Shown here: positions 11,575-25,329 of the stretch, one piece after another
Position numbering within the stretch: the first letter of the stretch is position 1
Layout: each line of letters begins with the position of its first letter
Assembly: GCF_001194135.2 (NCBI RefSeq)
Contig: NC_068994.1
Coordinates: forward strand, 4,935,607 to 4,999,606
From: Octopus bimaculoides
Taxonomy: Eukaryota
Length of the DNA stretch: 64,000 bases
Reading direction: 5' to 3'
Made by a program: the position numbers and the translations under genes
Notes under the pieces: model-generated
Seen by the model: the letters and a program-made list of their open reading frames with translations, nothing else
What the model was told of the DNA's origin: nothing
Database searches by the model: none

Positions 11575-11970
11575 ACACCGAAAGGACACTCAACCTGCTA
11601 GAAATAGCCACCACTCTCCTCCCTCAAATCACACTCTACAGTCTTAAAAGGAGAACACACACACAATCTATCCAAAAACAAGAGGCTGGATGGTCACAGC
11701 TTGAACACCTTCAATCATAAGTCTGCTCAATCAGGGGCTAAACAACAGCAGCAGCAGCAATAACAACAACAGCAGTAATATACAAACCATTCAGAAAGCC
11801 TCTACATGGTCACTCAGCATGCTAGAAGCAACAACCAAACCTCTCTCAAATCATACTGCATTGTTTTTACATTGGGTCGTGTAGTCCTAAATACATTATA
11901 TCTGACAAAATATAGGGATGGTAACGACTGGAACATGTTGGATGAGGGCTGATCTAAGGACTAAACAACA
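11575..11970 (+). mobile_element. Two adjacent family D copies
   Basis: caacctgctagaaatagcc..cctcaaatcacac..ggggctaaacaacagc (to about 11750), then a second copy ending ctaaggactaaacaaca. Confidence 0.7.
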
Positions 11971-12504
11971 GAGGTAATCAATGAGATGCTCATTGATGGC
12001 ACTGCCCACTACATCTATTTTTATTTTTTTACCTCAGCCACAGTTTCATCGCTACAGGTCTGCTCCAGTGGGATTGTCTGGGTACGCAGGATTGGTTATA
12101 TTGAACATTACAGATAATAAACTGAAACCATGGCACAAACTTTGCTGTGTGATTAGGAGATTTGCTTCATGCATTCATGGTTCCTGATTTGATTACAAAT
12201 TACGAGGCCCTGGGAAGGTGTCTTTTACCATGGTCATAGCTCTGGGTTAAGCAATACCTTGTGACTGAAGTTTTGTAAATGGATACTGTTCAGAAGCCTG
12301 AACATTCCACCCCACTCAAAACTTCTGCACTATTTATACCCTCCCCCTACTGTTGTTCACTGAGAGTAGGCCCCCAGTACATCTCCAACACCCACCATCT
12401 ATTCCTCTCTCTCTCTCTTACTCTATCTCTCTCCTACCTTTCTTTCCTTGTCCTACTGGGGTGGCCAAGTATCTCCCTTGTCCCACAGCCACTCCTCTTA
12501 ACCC

Positions 12505-12856
12505 CACTGGTGCTGGTTCCATGTAAAAAGGACCTGTGCCAGTGTCACATAAAAAGCACCAGTCCAGAGCCAGGTAAAAAGCAACTGTGCCAGTACACGC
12601 AAGGGGCACCTTTGCCGCTTCCATATAAAATGCACCCGAGCTGGTGCCACTTAATAAACACCCATGTCAGTGTCATGTAAAAAGTACCCAGTACACTCTG
12701 TAAAGTGGTTGGCATTAGGAAGGGCATCCAGCCATAGAAACCATGCCATAACAGACAAATGGAACCTAGTGCAGCTCTCCAGCCTTGCCATCTCCTGTCA
12801 AACTGTCCAACCCATGCCACCATGGAAAACGGAAGTTAAATGATGATGATGATGAT
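12505..12856 (+). mobile_element. Family C repeat with seven 25-26 bp tandem units at its 5' side
   Basis: Units end at 12534, 12560, 12585, 12610, 12636, 12662 and 12688, followed by the standard family C body and (GAT)n. Confidence 0.8.
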
Positions 12857-13774
12857 ACTGTACAGAAGCCAACCATAGCTGTAAACCCTTACAAGTGAGC
12901 ATGATTTCATAACATATACCATACATTCAGTAATTGCTTTAGGCCCCTGTATAACTGAACTGACATCAACACCCTATTGGCTCTCCCACTCCTGACACAA
13001 TGGAACATTAATGATGGAGAAAGGACTGGGGCAACACTAAGTTGGTACTCATTTTAACTGAGTAGACTGGTGTAGTGTACAATGTTGTACCTTGCTCAAG
13101 ACACAATCTGCTACCTACTCTAGGAATTGAACCTACAACCTTATGATTGTGATTTCAACACTCAAATCACAATATGATGTGTGTGTGTATGTATGAGTGT
13201 TTTCTTGGGATTCATCCAACTATATCCACCCACCTTTCAATTTGTGGCCATATGCCAAAGTGAAAGAAAAAAAAAATTATTTAATATATTTATGTTATGG
13301 AGGTGAATGCATCGGACGAGATGGGTAGAACAAGCCCATAAATCTTTTCAGTTTTGAGCTCTGATGAGAGTACCATATCCTAAAAAGGGAAATGAAATGG
13401 AAGCTATTATTAACAGAAACATTCAACATTGAGAATCTACCAAAACTAAAGAGGAACAGAGTTCACGGAAGAGCTTGGGGAAATGCTTGAAGAAGAAGAT
13501 GAGATTTGTATCAATGGAAGAAACTTGTTATTGTTATAATTTCACAAAAGTTAAGATATTTGCATATTAATTACTATAATGTAAAGATCATATGACTACA
13601 GTTGGCAGTCTTTAGAAATGGGTAACGATTTACCAATTCAATGTGAGTCGCATGTATTTTAGAGTTAGAAAGAGAGATAAAGGTTAGCAGAAAGTTGGAC
13701 CTTATCAAGCACAATGTCTGATGCAATGTCTGATGCAACGACTGGAGCAAACCCACTGCTTTAACCCTTTATGT

Positions 13775-13940
13775 ATACATACTTACATAAGCCAAGCTTC
13801 CATTCAGTTTCTGTCTACTAAACTTCTCTAACAAAGTATTCATCAACCCAAAGCTACAGTGGAAGGCATTTTCCCCCAAATACTACAAAGTGCAACCAAA
13901 CATGAAACCATGTGGTTGCAAAAGGATCTTCATCACCATA
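13775..13940 (-). mobile_element. SINE family B
   Basis: aagcttccattcagtttctgtctactaaac..aaccatgtggttgcaaaag, the reverse complement of the family B head and CORE-like body. Confidence 0.7.
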
Positions 13941-13950
13941 AAACTATACC

Positions 13951-14184
13951 TTATTTTTTTATTGCCCACAAGGGGCTAAACATAGAGGGGACAAACAAGG
14001 ACAGACAAAGGGATTAAGTCGATTACATTGATCCCCAGTGCGTAACTGGTACTTAATTTATCGACCCCGAAAGGATGAAAGGCAAAGTCGGCCTTGGCGG
14101 AATTTGAACTCAGAACGTAACGGCAGACGAAATACCGCTAAGCATTTCGCCCAGTTTGCTAACCTTTCTGCCAGCTCGCCACCT
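13951..14184 (-). mobile_element. SINE family A, near-intact, alternative 3' tail
   Basis: CpG-rich copy with A and B boxes. Tail reads cctttgtctgtccttgtttgtcccctctatgtttagccccttgtgggcaat. Confidence 0.9.
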
Positions 14185-15729
14185 CGTCACCATACAACTA
14201 TACCTGCTGCCCTTTTTTATTGTTTCTGTTGGATCAGAGCCAGCTTGGGACTAAACAACAATTAGAACCACACACACACATCATTACTGGTTCCAGAAGA
14301 ATTATTTTACTGTTTTATTTTCTGGGTAAAAAGCTTTACTGTAATTAGTTTTGCCCCTTAATTTTCTTACCCCAAATACTACAAGAATCAACATGAAATT
14401 TCCTAAGTTCAGGGTTGATAAAATATCTATCAGGTATATCGTATATAATTTCTCTCCACTAAAGGGTTATCTCTAAAGTGTAAGACTTCTGCTTTTCGTT
14501 TTGATACAATAATCAATTCTACTTTGCAAACTGTTTGTACCTGACATAGAAATAAAGAAATCCACCATAAGTTAACTATTTTTTTAGTGAGGAAGGAAGG
14601 CAGTGCCTAAGGGAAGGGAAGGAGAAAGGTGTACTCAAAAAGGAGTTCCAGCCTAAATGATTGCAACAGAATAGAGTCTACTAAAGGTACCCAAGGGGCC
14701 TCATGGTGAAGTTAAACAAGGCAATGGATTAAGTCTACCACCCAAGTAGGCCATGGCAGGATTTGAACTCAAAATGTAGAGGCTCAAAACAAATACTGTG
14801 AAGCACTCTGTCTGACACAGTAACAATATTGCAATGGCTCTTGCCTTGAACTGATGTAGAAATATATACACAATATACACACACACATATGTTTACATTT
14901 GAAGCAAGTGTTGTTGAATGTAAACAGCAAAACAATAAAGTGATAAGTGTTTCCTGTCATTGAAATGGATTTTCAATTGGTTACAGATGAATTACTTAAA
15001 ATATATATCTATATATCTATATATATGTATGTGTGTGTGTGTGTGTGTGTGTGTGCGTGCGTGTACACACACACACAAACATGGGTGTGTATGTAGTAGA
15101 GGTAGTGGGAAGAGGAGGAGCAGATTTATAATAACAAAGGAGAGAATAGTCAAAGGAAATATAAGTTGCAAGTTAAGAAATTCAATGTAGCATAACTCCT
15201 GTGACAGGTATTTTAAATAGAGGCTCTTAACCAAAATATGTGTCTACACACACACACAAGATATAAATAGTCATTTAAAGCAGAGTTTCTAGGCATGTGC
15301 AAACCTTCATCTTTCTGTTGCCTGATGGATTACACATAGCAAGAAAATAGTAAAGGAGCAAAGCATCAGTTTCACATAAACAAATAAACCCTAACCCTTC
15401 TCTGGTGCCTCTCTACATACAAATGTATGCCCTCCCCTACACCTGGCTCACACCATAAAGTGACAGGTGATAGAAAGGGCATCCAACAACTGAAAACCCA
15501 TGCCAAAGAAAGAAACAAAAATGTAGGTTCAGTAAGCCACAGCTCAGCCAGGTGAGAAGTAACTCTGGAATAAGATGGAATAAAAACTAACAGAGTTGAA
15601 GCAATTCGTTACCCTAGCTACAGACACGCTGTCTAGTCTGGTGGCACAATAAAATATACCCAGACCATGTTGAGATGGAGTGAAATACCCAACATATGCC
15701 ACATTGTAAAAACAGGCATAAAATGATAA

Positions 15730-15925
15730 TACATCATCATTTAACATCCCTTTTTCCATGCTGGCATGGAGCAAAGTGTTTGACAATGAGAGATGAGCCA
15801 GAGAGCTCCACCACATTTTAGGTATGCTTTAGCATGGTTTCTACAGCTGGGTGCTCTTCCAAACACCAACCATTCAACAGAGTGTACTGGGTGCTTTTTA
15901 TGTGGCACCAACACTTGTGAGGTCA
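15730..15925 (-). mobile_element. Family C repeat (RTE 3'-end copy)
   Basis: tttccatgctggcatgg ... ttctacagctgggtgctcttccaaacaccaaccattc..gggtgctttttatgtggcacc. Confidence 0.75.
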
Positions 15926-18900
15926 CCAAATACCTGCAAGATAAGAAAGACTCCTCGACTGAGCAGAGTACAGACTGGAGAAAGAAACTATGATCGAGGG
16001 AGAAGAACAGGAGCCTTGCTGAAGAGGTAAATACATGGCTTTGCTCACCTGGAGGTCCAGATACAACATGAATAAGACAGAATACAAAGTGCACTGAGTG
16101 AAACTAGTGTAACATATGATTAGAGATATACATATCATTAACACTGCTTTTTTGGTTGCTTTTCTACATTGGCTTGGTTTGTTTTTTGACGTTTTAAGGC
16201 TGTATTTTACAGCCATATACTTTCCTTCATGCTAACTTTTTTTATGATATTTAGGGACATGGTGTACCTTTCCTAAAAACCAGGACACACACAATACATA
16301 TAGGGAAAGTCTTCTTTATCAGACTGAGCTTCAATGCATGGGAGCTTATCCTAGTTTACAAAGTATTAAATGTCAAAAAAGAGATGTCTTTCTCCCTAGA
16401 TAGGACTTTATGAAAATATCTGAGCTCAGTGGTGCAGGTTAACAAAACACCAATGAAATAATGGCCTTCACCACTTACAAGAGACTATGTCCAATTACAC
16501 TAACTGTTCAGGCAATACATACACAATACAGGATTGCATGCTCCTGTTTATGTCAGAAGTTCAATCTCAGTGTATGTCCCCTGTTATTTTTTTGTCTCAT
16601 TGGTGTACTTACTAATGATCAGAACAAAGTTATTGTCATCCCAGTGACTTAGCTCAGTTACTTACAACAGAATTGACTCTGCTAAAGACACTCAAAAGTC
16701 AGGTGGTGGTGCTCAACCAGGTAACAGATGGAGTCTACCACCCCTAAACAGACTCAGTCCCCACCCACCAAGCTTCTACAGTTTCCATTTACCAAATTTC
16801 ACTCCCAAGGCTTTGGTCAACCTGAAGCTACAGTAGAAGACACTTAACCACACACCCATGACTGTTGCCCTTCGTTGTCTCCGGACAAAACACTATTTTC
16901 TACATTACCTCAGTTTACCTGGCTGTCAGGATCTAGGACCCACTAGATCACCTGGAAATGTTACCTTTGATACACTGATATCATATCCAAGGAAAGATTT
17001 CATTTTCATCCTTTCTGTTGAGTCTGTGAGATAGCATACTATATTCTACACCATCTCAGTTCACATTATAGTCAGTACTAAGTACTAGATCATCTAGGAA
17101 ATATTACTTGAGATAGAAATACATCTACTGAAATATGAAATGGTGATTTAGTCCTCATATGCTTAACAGCAGAATTAAATACTGCCAAGGAGCTAGGACG
17201 CATTTATTGCAAATGTTAATAGACTTCACTAAAGGACACAATACAGGGTGGCAACAGGATGTGTTATCAATCTTTTCTAATGTATGTCTCTGCACCATTT
17301 CAAGTAAAACAGATTAGGAGACAACAACTGACATTAACTAGGAAATAAGAATGAAAGAGTTTTAAAAAAAATACGTGAAACTAAGGAAAGAATTGCTTAC
17401 TGTTACATTGGGAGTTATGGCACACCTTCCAGTAAATAAACCTGTTTTTGATATCAATGTACAACGGACAAATGTCAAGACACAGTTTGTACTTCATGAA
17501 ACTGTTTAAATATTAAGGCACACCTTATAGTAAATAAACCTAATTATATGTCAAGATATAGGTGTGTGGTTCAAAAGTTTGATTTTCAGTTCCATAGTTT
17601 TTGAATTCGATCTCACAATGCAGCATTTTGGACAAGTCCCTTTCTATTACAGTCATGAGTGAAATTTCATAGATGGAGACTGTATGGAAGCCTGTTGAAG
17701 AGATTGCTCTTATTCTCAGTGATAGACTTCATTCAACACACTCTTTAAAACTATCACACAACTGATGGGTGGGTTTTACAGAGTTTGCTTGAATGTGGGC
17801 CTAAGGATAAAACTTCCTCTCAGCAGTCACAGATGCCCTGGAAAAGGGTGTTGATACAACCCTTCCTTCTCTGATGAAATCATTAAAAAAATACATTTGA
17901 CACCAGAGAAAACAAATATCAAGACATACCTTATAATAAATAAAACTGTTTAAGCCAAAAGTGGAGTCATCTAAGTGGTTGCTGAACTTGCAAAAAATAG
18001 CAACCAAATCTTCCTCAAATCACAAGCTACTTTCTTAAGCTAGGCAAGATACATTTGCTAATTGTAGTCATTTCTCTTCAAACAGTCATAACTGAAATGA
18101 ACTTCACCATGCTGCACCACAAATAGGTCCTTAATTTCATATTGTGTTTCCGCCATCAATGTAATTGAGTGGTCTTTGTCCCCTTTTGGGAGTGGAAGTG
18201 GAATTCTCCATCACAATAACATTCAATTGTAGTTCAGCTCATTTAAAGCGGATCAGTGGAAATAATCATGAAAACTGTCTCAAAATCAAGCTGTGTAATG
18301 AAGTATGCAGAGTCCAACTGGGTTTCATGAAATGTAAGACACAATCCAGAGATACCAGATTAAACGTGCCTCTCTTTAATATAGAATCATATGTGAGTCA
18401 GTGCAGAGGTTGTCAAACTGACAAATATCAGTGTACCACTCCCTAGAAAAAATATTAGATTTTTTTCTTCACACCTCTTTCTTAATGAAAAGATAAAAAT
18501 GCAGTTGACAACCATATAAATTTTCTTTTCTTCACCATGGTACTCAATTTTACTAAATACGATAGTGTCCCTACTCCCTCTTCAAACCTAATTACTCCCT
18601 ACCCCTTTATGAGAACAGAATCTGGGTTGTTGTTATTTAACCCTAGGTCAACTCAGCTCAAGCAGACATGTGATCAAAGTTACACGATATCAGTTTTGTA
18701 TGCTGATGAGGAAAATTGCATTAATTTTTTTTGTCTAGAAATTAATTATAAAAAGTCACAAGCAAAACATTTAAAATTATGTAATTTCAGCCAATTGAAA
18801 GCCTCTGCTTGACATACAGAATGCCGTGACTGTTTGAAGCCTTTACATCCTCTCTCGACCAGCTAGAATCAGTGACTAAACCTACCTAGGACTATACTGA

Positions 18901-19984
18901 GGGTCCCCTTATCATTTTTGCTTTTCCATATGATGGTAGGATGTGATTAAGAGAGATGTGGCCGTTATTTTTAGCAATTTCAGTGATCACATAGTGGATC
19001 CCTTGTTGCCACATCCTGCCAGTGTGGGTAGTTGTAGTGTGACAGCTGGTATGAGGTATAATATAACAATGAATGCATATTGTGTTCAGTGTGCTTTCAG
19101 AAAGTTACATTCAATTACCTGATCGTAGCTACCTTTGTATGATACAGCTGCGGAGTACAAGGTGTACCTACTTAATCAATGTAGTGTAGAAAACATGGCT
19201 ATGTGACTAGGAGTGTGATTTGCAACCAAATGATTCTAGGCTTGATCCCACTGTGCAGTACCTAAGGCGTTTCCTATCAAAGTCTGATGCTGACCAATGC
19301 CTGTGTGCATGTGCATGTGTGTGTGTGTGTGTTTGTACATCAGAGTAAATATCTCAGGGTGGTTACATTGCCAAAAGGAGGCAAACTCTCAGAAAGGGAT
19401 GTTAACTCAATCGGTAAACTCAACAAACAGAAACGAATATAATTACTATATAACGGGTGTGAAAGTAAGTTCTGGGGTCAATATTATGACAAAGACCCTA
19501 CAAAACAGTAAGAGAAGCATAAAAGATAACAGTTGGTAGATCAATAACAAACTTTAGCACAGAAATGGAAATGTTGTTAGAGATGAAAGAGGATGTCTTT
19601 ATGATGCTACTGAAGCAGTGATATGGTGTTTAATATAATGGCAAGAATTGAAAACAAATTGCACCAGTTTGTTTTGTTTTTGATTTAGGTATAATTTCAG
19701 GGGAAGAGGGGAGTTAGTCACATCGACTTGACTGGTACTTTATTTTATCAACTCTGAAAGGATTAAAGGTAAAGTAGACCTTAGTGGTAATTGAACTGCT
19801 TCAACCAGATCCTACTTCATAGAAGCCCTGACATCTGATTTGGTTATTTTCAGTGCAGAAAACAGCCAAATCACTATCCGTGAAGCTGACCATTTTAACA
19901 CATTATATTGCAATTTACAGATTTAGTATATTTTTACTGACTCTTGACTCTATAGTACTGCATATTTCATTTTTTTGTTTTGTG

Positions 19985-20340
19985 ATGGCATGGGTTACAC
20001 AGGTCATTTCTAGCATAGCCCCTTGCTACTTGTGATCCTTTGTCACTTCCTTTGTGAGGCCCAACATCTTGAGATCAGCCTTTAACTATTACTTTCTACA
20101 TCTTTTTCTTCAGCAAGTTCCTTTCACTTGGATTCTTGGCACTTCTTCACCCAACTATCATTCATCTTATACACCACAAATCCATTACCAGCACATCCTT
20201 CCTTCTTGTACACGATATTGGACCACTTCTTTCTCAGCCCATCTCTCTCATGTTGTTATCCATGCTAACAATACACACTCAACAGAACATGCTCACCTCA
20301 TTTCTTTCTAACCTTGGCTTTCAATACCCAGTTATGTCAC
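19985..20340 (-). mobile_element. Decayed RTE LINE 3' end (ORF2 C-terminus)
   Basis: Broken frames on the minus strand give ERNEVSM, VQEGRMCW, DSWVKKC, QVKGTC, LKADLKMLGLTKEVTKD and MLEMT, then terminal aacccatgc. Confidence 0.7.
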
Positions 20341-20478
20341 ATATATAACTAGAGGGGCAAAGTAATGAAGGTGTTTGGTTTTTGGTGTTAAACTGAGCAA
20401 TGGGTTGTGTCTACCATCCAAGAAGAGGAATAATCTCTTCAACAGGCTTCCACATGGATGTTAATGGATGATGATGAT

Positions 20479-20694
20479 AAGGCGGTGAGCTGGCAGAAAC
20501 GTTAGCACACTGGGTGAATAGCTTAGCGGTATTTCGTGTGTCTTTATGTCCTGAGTTCAAATTCTTCCGAGGTCAACTTTGCCTTTCGTTCTTTCGGGGT
20601 CGATAAATTAAGTACCAGTTGCATACTGAGGTCGATCTAATTGACTGGTCCCCTCCCCCAAAACTTTGGGCCTTGTGCCTAGAGTAGAAAAGGA
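20479..20694 (+). mobile_element. SINE family A, full length
   Basis: aaggcggtgagctggcagaaacgttagc (A box), gagttcaaattc (B box), body and agtagaaaagg terminus. Confidence 0.9.
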
Positions 20695-21207
20695 TGATGA
20701 CGACGATGATGATAATGATGATGGCTTAATCTGAGGCTATGAAAGAAATTACTTGTCCAGCATGGTGTGAAATGGGATTGAACTCTGAAACTCAGCTAAT
20801 TGCTTAACCACTTAGTTGCTCAGCTAATTTCTTGACCACTTGGCCATACTTGCATCTTGGCGGGATCTCATCACACAGAACAACTTGGAAACAAAAAACA
20901 TTTTTTAACTGCAAAAGTTTGAATAGAACGTGAGTGATATTTACTGGACCTGTAAACATAACAGGAAATGTCAGCCAGTACATACGCGACTGTCGCTAAA
21001 TACAGCAATTATTTCTCATATAAACACCAAGAAATAATAATGTTAAGTAAATAATTTCAACCTCATGGTTAATTAAATAATTACCATGTCATAATGCTGC
21101 TACCACCATAATGTCTAAATAATACTAGCGTTCTAGGGGCCAGCATAAAAGAAAGGGATTGCAAGACATTGAGCATGACTCTTCAAAATGACCATTATGT
21201 ATTTGTT

Positions 21208-21403
21208 AAGGTGGTAAGCTGGCAGAGTCATTAGGTGTGCTGGGCAAAATGCTTAGCAGCATTTCGTCCGTCATTATGCTCAGAGTTCAAATTCTGCCAT
21301 GGTTGACTTAGCCTTTCATCCTTTCAGTAATGGGATCAATGTAATTGTCTTAGTCCTTCTTCCGAAACTGCTGGCCTTGTGCCAAAATTCGAAAGCATTA
21401 TTA
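21208..21403 (+). mobile_element. SINE family A
   Basis: aaggtggtaagctggcagag..gagttcaaattctgcc..cctttcatcctttc..ggccttgtgccaaaattcgaaagcattatt. Confidence 0.8.
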
Positions 21404-21419
21404 TGTATTTGTTGTTTAA

Positions 21420-22370
21420 CAGCAATTCATTCATAATCAAGCAGACATTTCACAAAAAGACATTCCAACCATGGCCACTCTGCCTATTGTTTTCAGATAC
21501 ACTTGTTCTTCTTTTTTTTTTTTACTTAGGATGAAAGAATGTAATTCGAGGGAATTTATTTGCTATTTCTAGCTAATCCAGCGACCATGTAGAGCGTTTC
21601 TCCTTGACTCACATAAGAGACAGACAATAAGGGAGTCGTGACGCTCATGCCTTTCACCTTTATGTTAACAATGTTGTGTTGTATAGGCCCAGGTCAGCCC
21701 TAAACATGCTGCCTAATGACCAGACATTCCAGCCGTGAACATCTAGTTTTTTCTTTTGTTTTTATTCAGATATAGTGTATCTTGAACCATATTATATAAC
21801 GCATGCTTTCTTTAATGAAAACAGTTTGAGTGTGGTCTGAGGGAGACTTGTCTGCTATTTTCTGCAATTTGAGCAAGCGAGTAGAGGCTCCTTTATTGGC
21901 TTCACACACACACACACACACACACACGCGCGCGTCAACTGAAGTGGTTATAATTTGACAATTGTAATCGGATACGAAGACAGCAGACAGTTCTGAGAGG
22001 TAGGGGTTGCGTCGATCGCCAAGATGTTGTCACAATACCACGTTCTTCCGGGATGGTAATTTCTCAACTATAAACAACAACAGACTTAACATTGGACCAA
22101 AGCTACAGGTTTTTCGTGGTGATGATGGTGGTAAAGGTGTAAACGTAATCGTCTTGAGTGATTAGCTGTCACTTTCTTATTGTTCTTTAGTCGCATGATC
22201 AGCTCTGTGATCAATAGCATTCCAGTCGTGACCATCTCGTCCTTTTTAGGTGTATAGGACTGTCTAATGTGTCCTTTCTTTATTTGAAAAAGAAGGGTAT
22301 GATTTGAGTGAGATTTGGCTGCTATTTCTATTAGCTCGAGTAACCATATAGATTCTCCCTTGTTGAGTTC
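21420..22370 (-). mobile_element. Cluster of three family D copies (about 21420-21610, 21675-21900, 22185-22370)
   Basis: Repeated cattcca(a/g)cc(a/g)tg.. and gaga(t/c)ttg..gctattt motifs. Confidence 0.65.
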
Positions 22371-22415
22371 GACTTATTTTGTTACTTATTTTATTTACAC
22401 ACGCACACACACACA

Positions 22416-22478
<63 letters not shown>

Positions 22479-22997
22479 CTGGTATTTAGCATATCAAACA
22501 ACATGAGGATAAGTGAAGGATTAACGGTCGTAACGGATTAGCGAAGCCGGATAAAATGGATAAACACTTTAGATTTACACAGCAAGCAGTTATATTTAAC
22601 TGGATCTTCAATTTAGGGGCCAATCGAGACCCCACTATACGAAGCCATTTTCGATATGTGTGTGTATGTGTCACTGCACACACAAACACATACACGCGAT
22701 CCTTTATTTCACTGAAGAACCTTACTCCCCACTCCCGAAACAACAAAACACACCCCTTTCCAGTGTATTGAGTGATTCACTGTAAACCCTATATGCCTGT
22801 TGTTGTTTGGCCCCAGCTCAACCCTAAAGCACATACCTATAGTTAATCTCCAGCCCTTATTTTAGACAGTAGAGTATGATCAGATGGAAATTTGTTATTT
22901 AAAATTTGAGACCGAGAAACCGTATAAAAACTCCCTCATTTCCTATATATATATATATACTTTGTGCAGTGAATGCACTCGTAGGCGTATATGTATT

Positions 22998-23031
<34 letters not shown>

Positions 23032-23995
23032 NNNNNNNNNNNNNNNNNNNNNNNNNNNNNNNNNNNNNNNNNNNNNNNNNNNNNNNNNNNNNNNNNNNNN
23101 NNNNNNNNNNNNNNNNNNNNNNNNNNNNNNNNNNNNNNNNNNNNNNNNNNNNNNNNNNNNNNNNNNNNNNNNNNNNNNNNNNNNNNNNNNNNNNNNNNNN
23201 NNNNNNNNNNNNNNNNNNNNNNNNNNNNNNNNNNNNNNNNNNNNNNNNNNNNNNNNNNNNNNNNNNNNNNNNNNNNNNNNNNNNNNNNNNNNNNNNNNNN
23301 NNNNNNNNNNNNNNNNNNNNNNNNNNNNNNNNNNNNNNNNNNNNNNNNNNNNNNNNNNNNNNNNNNNNNNNNNNNNNNNNNNNNNNNNNNNNNNNNNNNN
23401 NNNNNNNNNNNNNNNNNNNNNNNNNNNNNNNNNNNNNNNNNNNNNNNNNNNNNNNNNNNNNNNNNNNNNNNNNNNNNNNNNNNNNNNNNNNNNNNNNNNN
23501 NNNNNNNNNNNNNNNNNNNNNNNNNNNNNNNNNNNNNNNNNNNNNNNNNNNNNNNNNNNNNNNNNNNNNNNNNNNNNNNNNNNNNNNNNNNNNNNNNNNN
23601 NNNNNNNNNNNNNNNNNNNNNNNNNNNNNNNNNNNNNNNNNNNNNNNNNNNNNNNNNNNNNNNNNNNNNNNNNNNNNNNNNNNNNNNNNNNNNNNNNNNN
23701 NNNNNNNNNNNNNNNNNNNNNNNTATATATATAATGTGTACATACAAAATGTATCTGTTAAACAAAAAAAATGAATGCTGTTCCATTGAATACAGGAAAT
23801 ATATCTAAAAAAACTACAGAACAAAGACACGGATTAGGAAATCTATTTCCCTACGCTAAATTTACATTTCTCCCTCCGTCCTTCCCTCCCCCCCTCTCTC
23901 TCTATATATATATGTATATATATATATACATATACACGTTTGGTGTTTTAACAAGCGAGAAAGAATATTGGTTCACGCAGGATACACACACATAT

Positions 23996-24051
<56 letters not shown>

Positions 24052-24970
24052 GGCAGCAATGTTACAGGACAAGACGACAAGAGAGAAACAAAACAAAGCG
24101 TCGGCCGCCTCATTTGATCGGATCGACAAAAAAACGAAATAAGAGATTCAGACAAAACAAAGCCACCACGTATTAAAGTTTGTAGCTTACAAGTTTTCCC
24201 CTTTTGTTTCTATAATTTTGTTGCTTCGCTGTAGGCCAATCTTAATCGAACAGAAACTTCGATGAAAAGCACTCCAGTCATGCCCGTCCCGTCTCTCTTT
24301 AGGGTTTTTATAGAGCATTAATGCGTCCTTGATATGAGGGAGATTTGGCTGCTATGCCAAGCACACCGATCTAATATTTTGTTGGATGGCAATAAGGTTG
24401 GCAGACTCGTTCGAGCTTCGGACACAAAACATCGTGTAGTATTTAATATCTGTCCATTACGGTGTGGGTTCAACTCTAGCTGTGATCAACATTACCTTCG
24501 ATCCCTCCTTGGATCAATAAAATAACGTACCAGTCAAGTTGTCTGGGATCGATTTTATATTAGTATAAGGTATCCTAGATGTGAAACAGTCAGCTTTGCC
24601 TTTCACCCCTCCAGAGTAAAAAATATTAGCCGAGTAAAGTAGCAGGGACAATTTATATACTCCTATAAAACATCCCAGAAGTCAACAGAATTGGACCATT
24701 AGTTAGAAGCCTGTCACACTGATCAGAATAAAAGTGGTGTCTTGTTGTTTACCTTTTCAGACTTGATGCATACAGGAATTCCTGAGGCGGAGCAAGTAGT
24801 TAGAAAGTAGTTTCACACGCTGTCTGAACGCCCCTCTCTGTTTTGCTACTCATCCATATACGACTGTATGTGTATTGTATGTAAGTATGTAAACACACTA
24901 AATGCAAATAGTAGGATGAATGCTATGCCGTGAAGAGAAGAAGTTTAACGTTTCGGACAGAACACTCATC

Positions 24971-25019
<49 letters not shown>

Positions 25020-25196
25020 AAGAAAGAGAGAAGTGTTTACTAGCGTTAGTGAGTGAATAAAAAGCGGAAGAAGTGAGAAGAAAGTACAGCCATGTCTATA
25101 TATCTACATAGTCTTGCATCTCGCAGAACTATCATTTTCAAATATATATCGATGCAGCTACAACTCTATGTAGTTTCCAATGCAGCAGCTCCCCCC

Positions 25197-25249
<53 letters not shown>

Positions 25250-25329
25250 TAAAGGTATTTTCAAAATTGTAACGTAAATGGATCTCCGTCGGTCGGTTTT
25301 GATACTGCTTACACGTTCAATTATTGTAT

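Noticed and set aside
12509-12688. CRISPR-like appearance of the short repeat arrays here and at 46322-46483
   Set aside because: Units abut or have homologous spacers, there are no cas genes and the context is eukaryotic. These are tandem repeats.
18165-18446. Minus-strand frame ending PKRGQRPLNYID, faintly like a LINE C-terminus
   Set aside because: Similarity is too short and weak to call.
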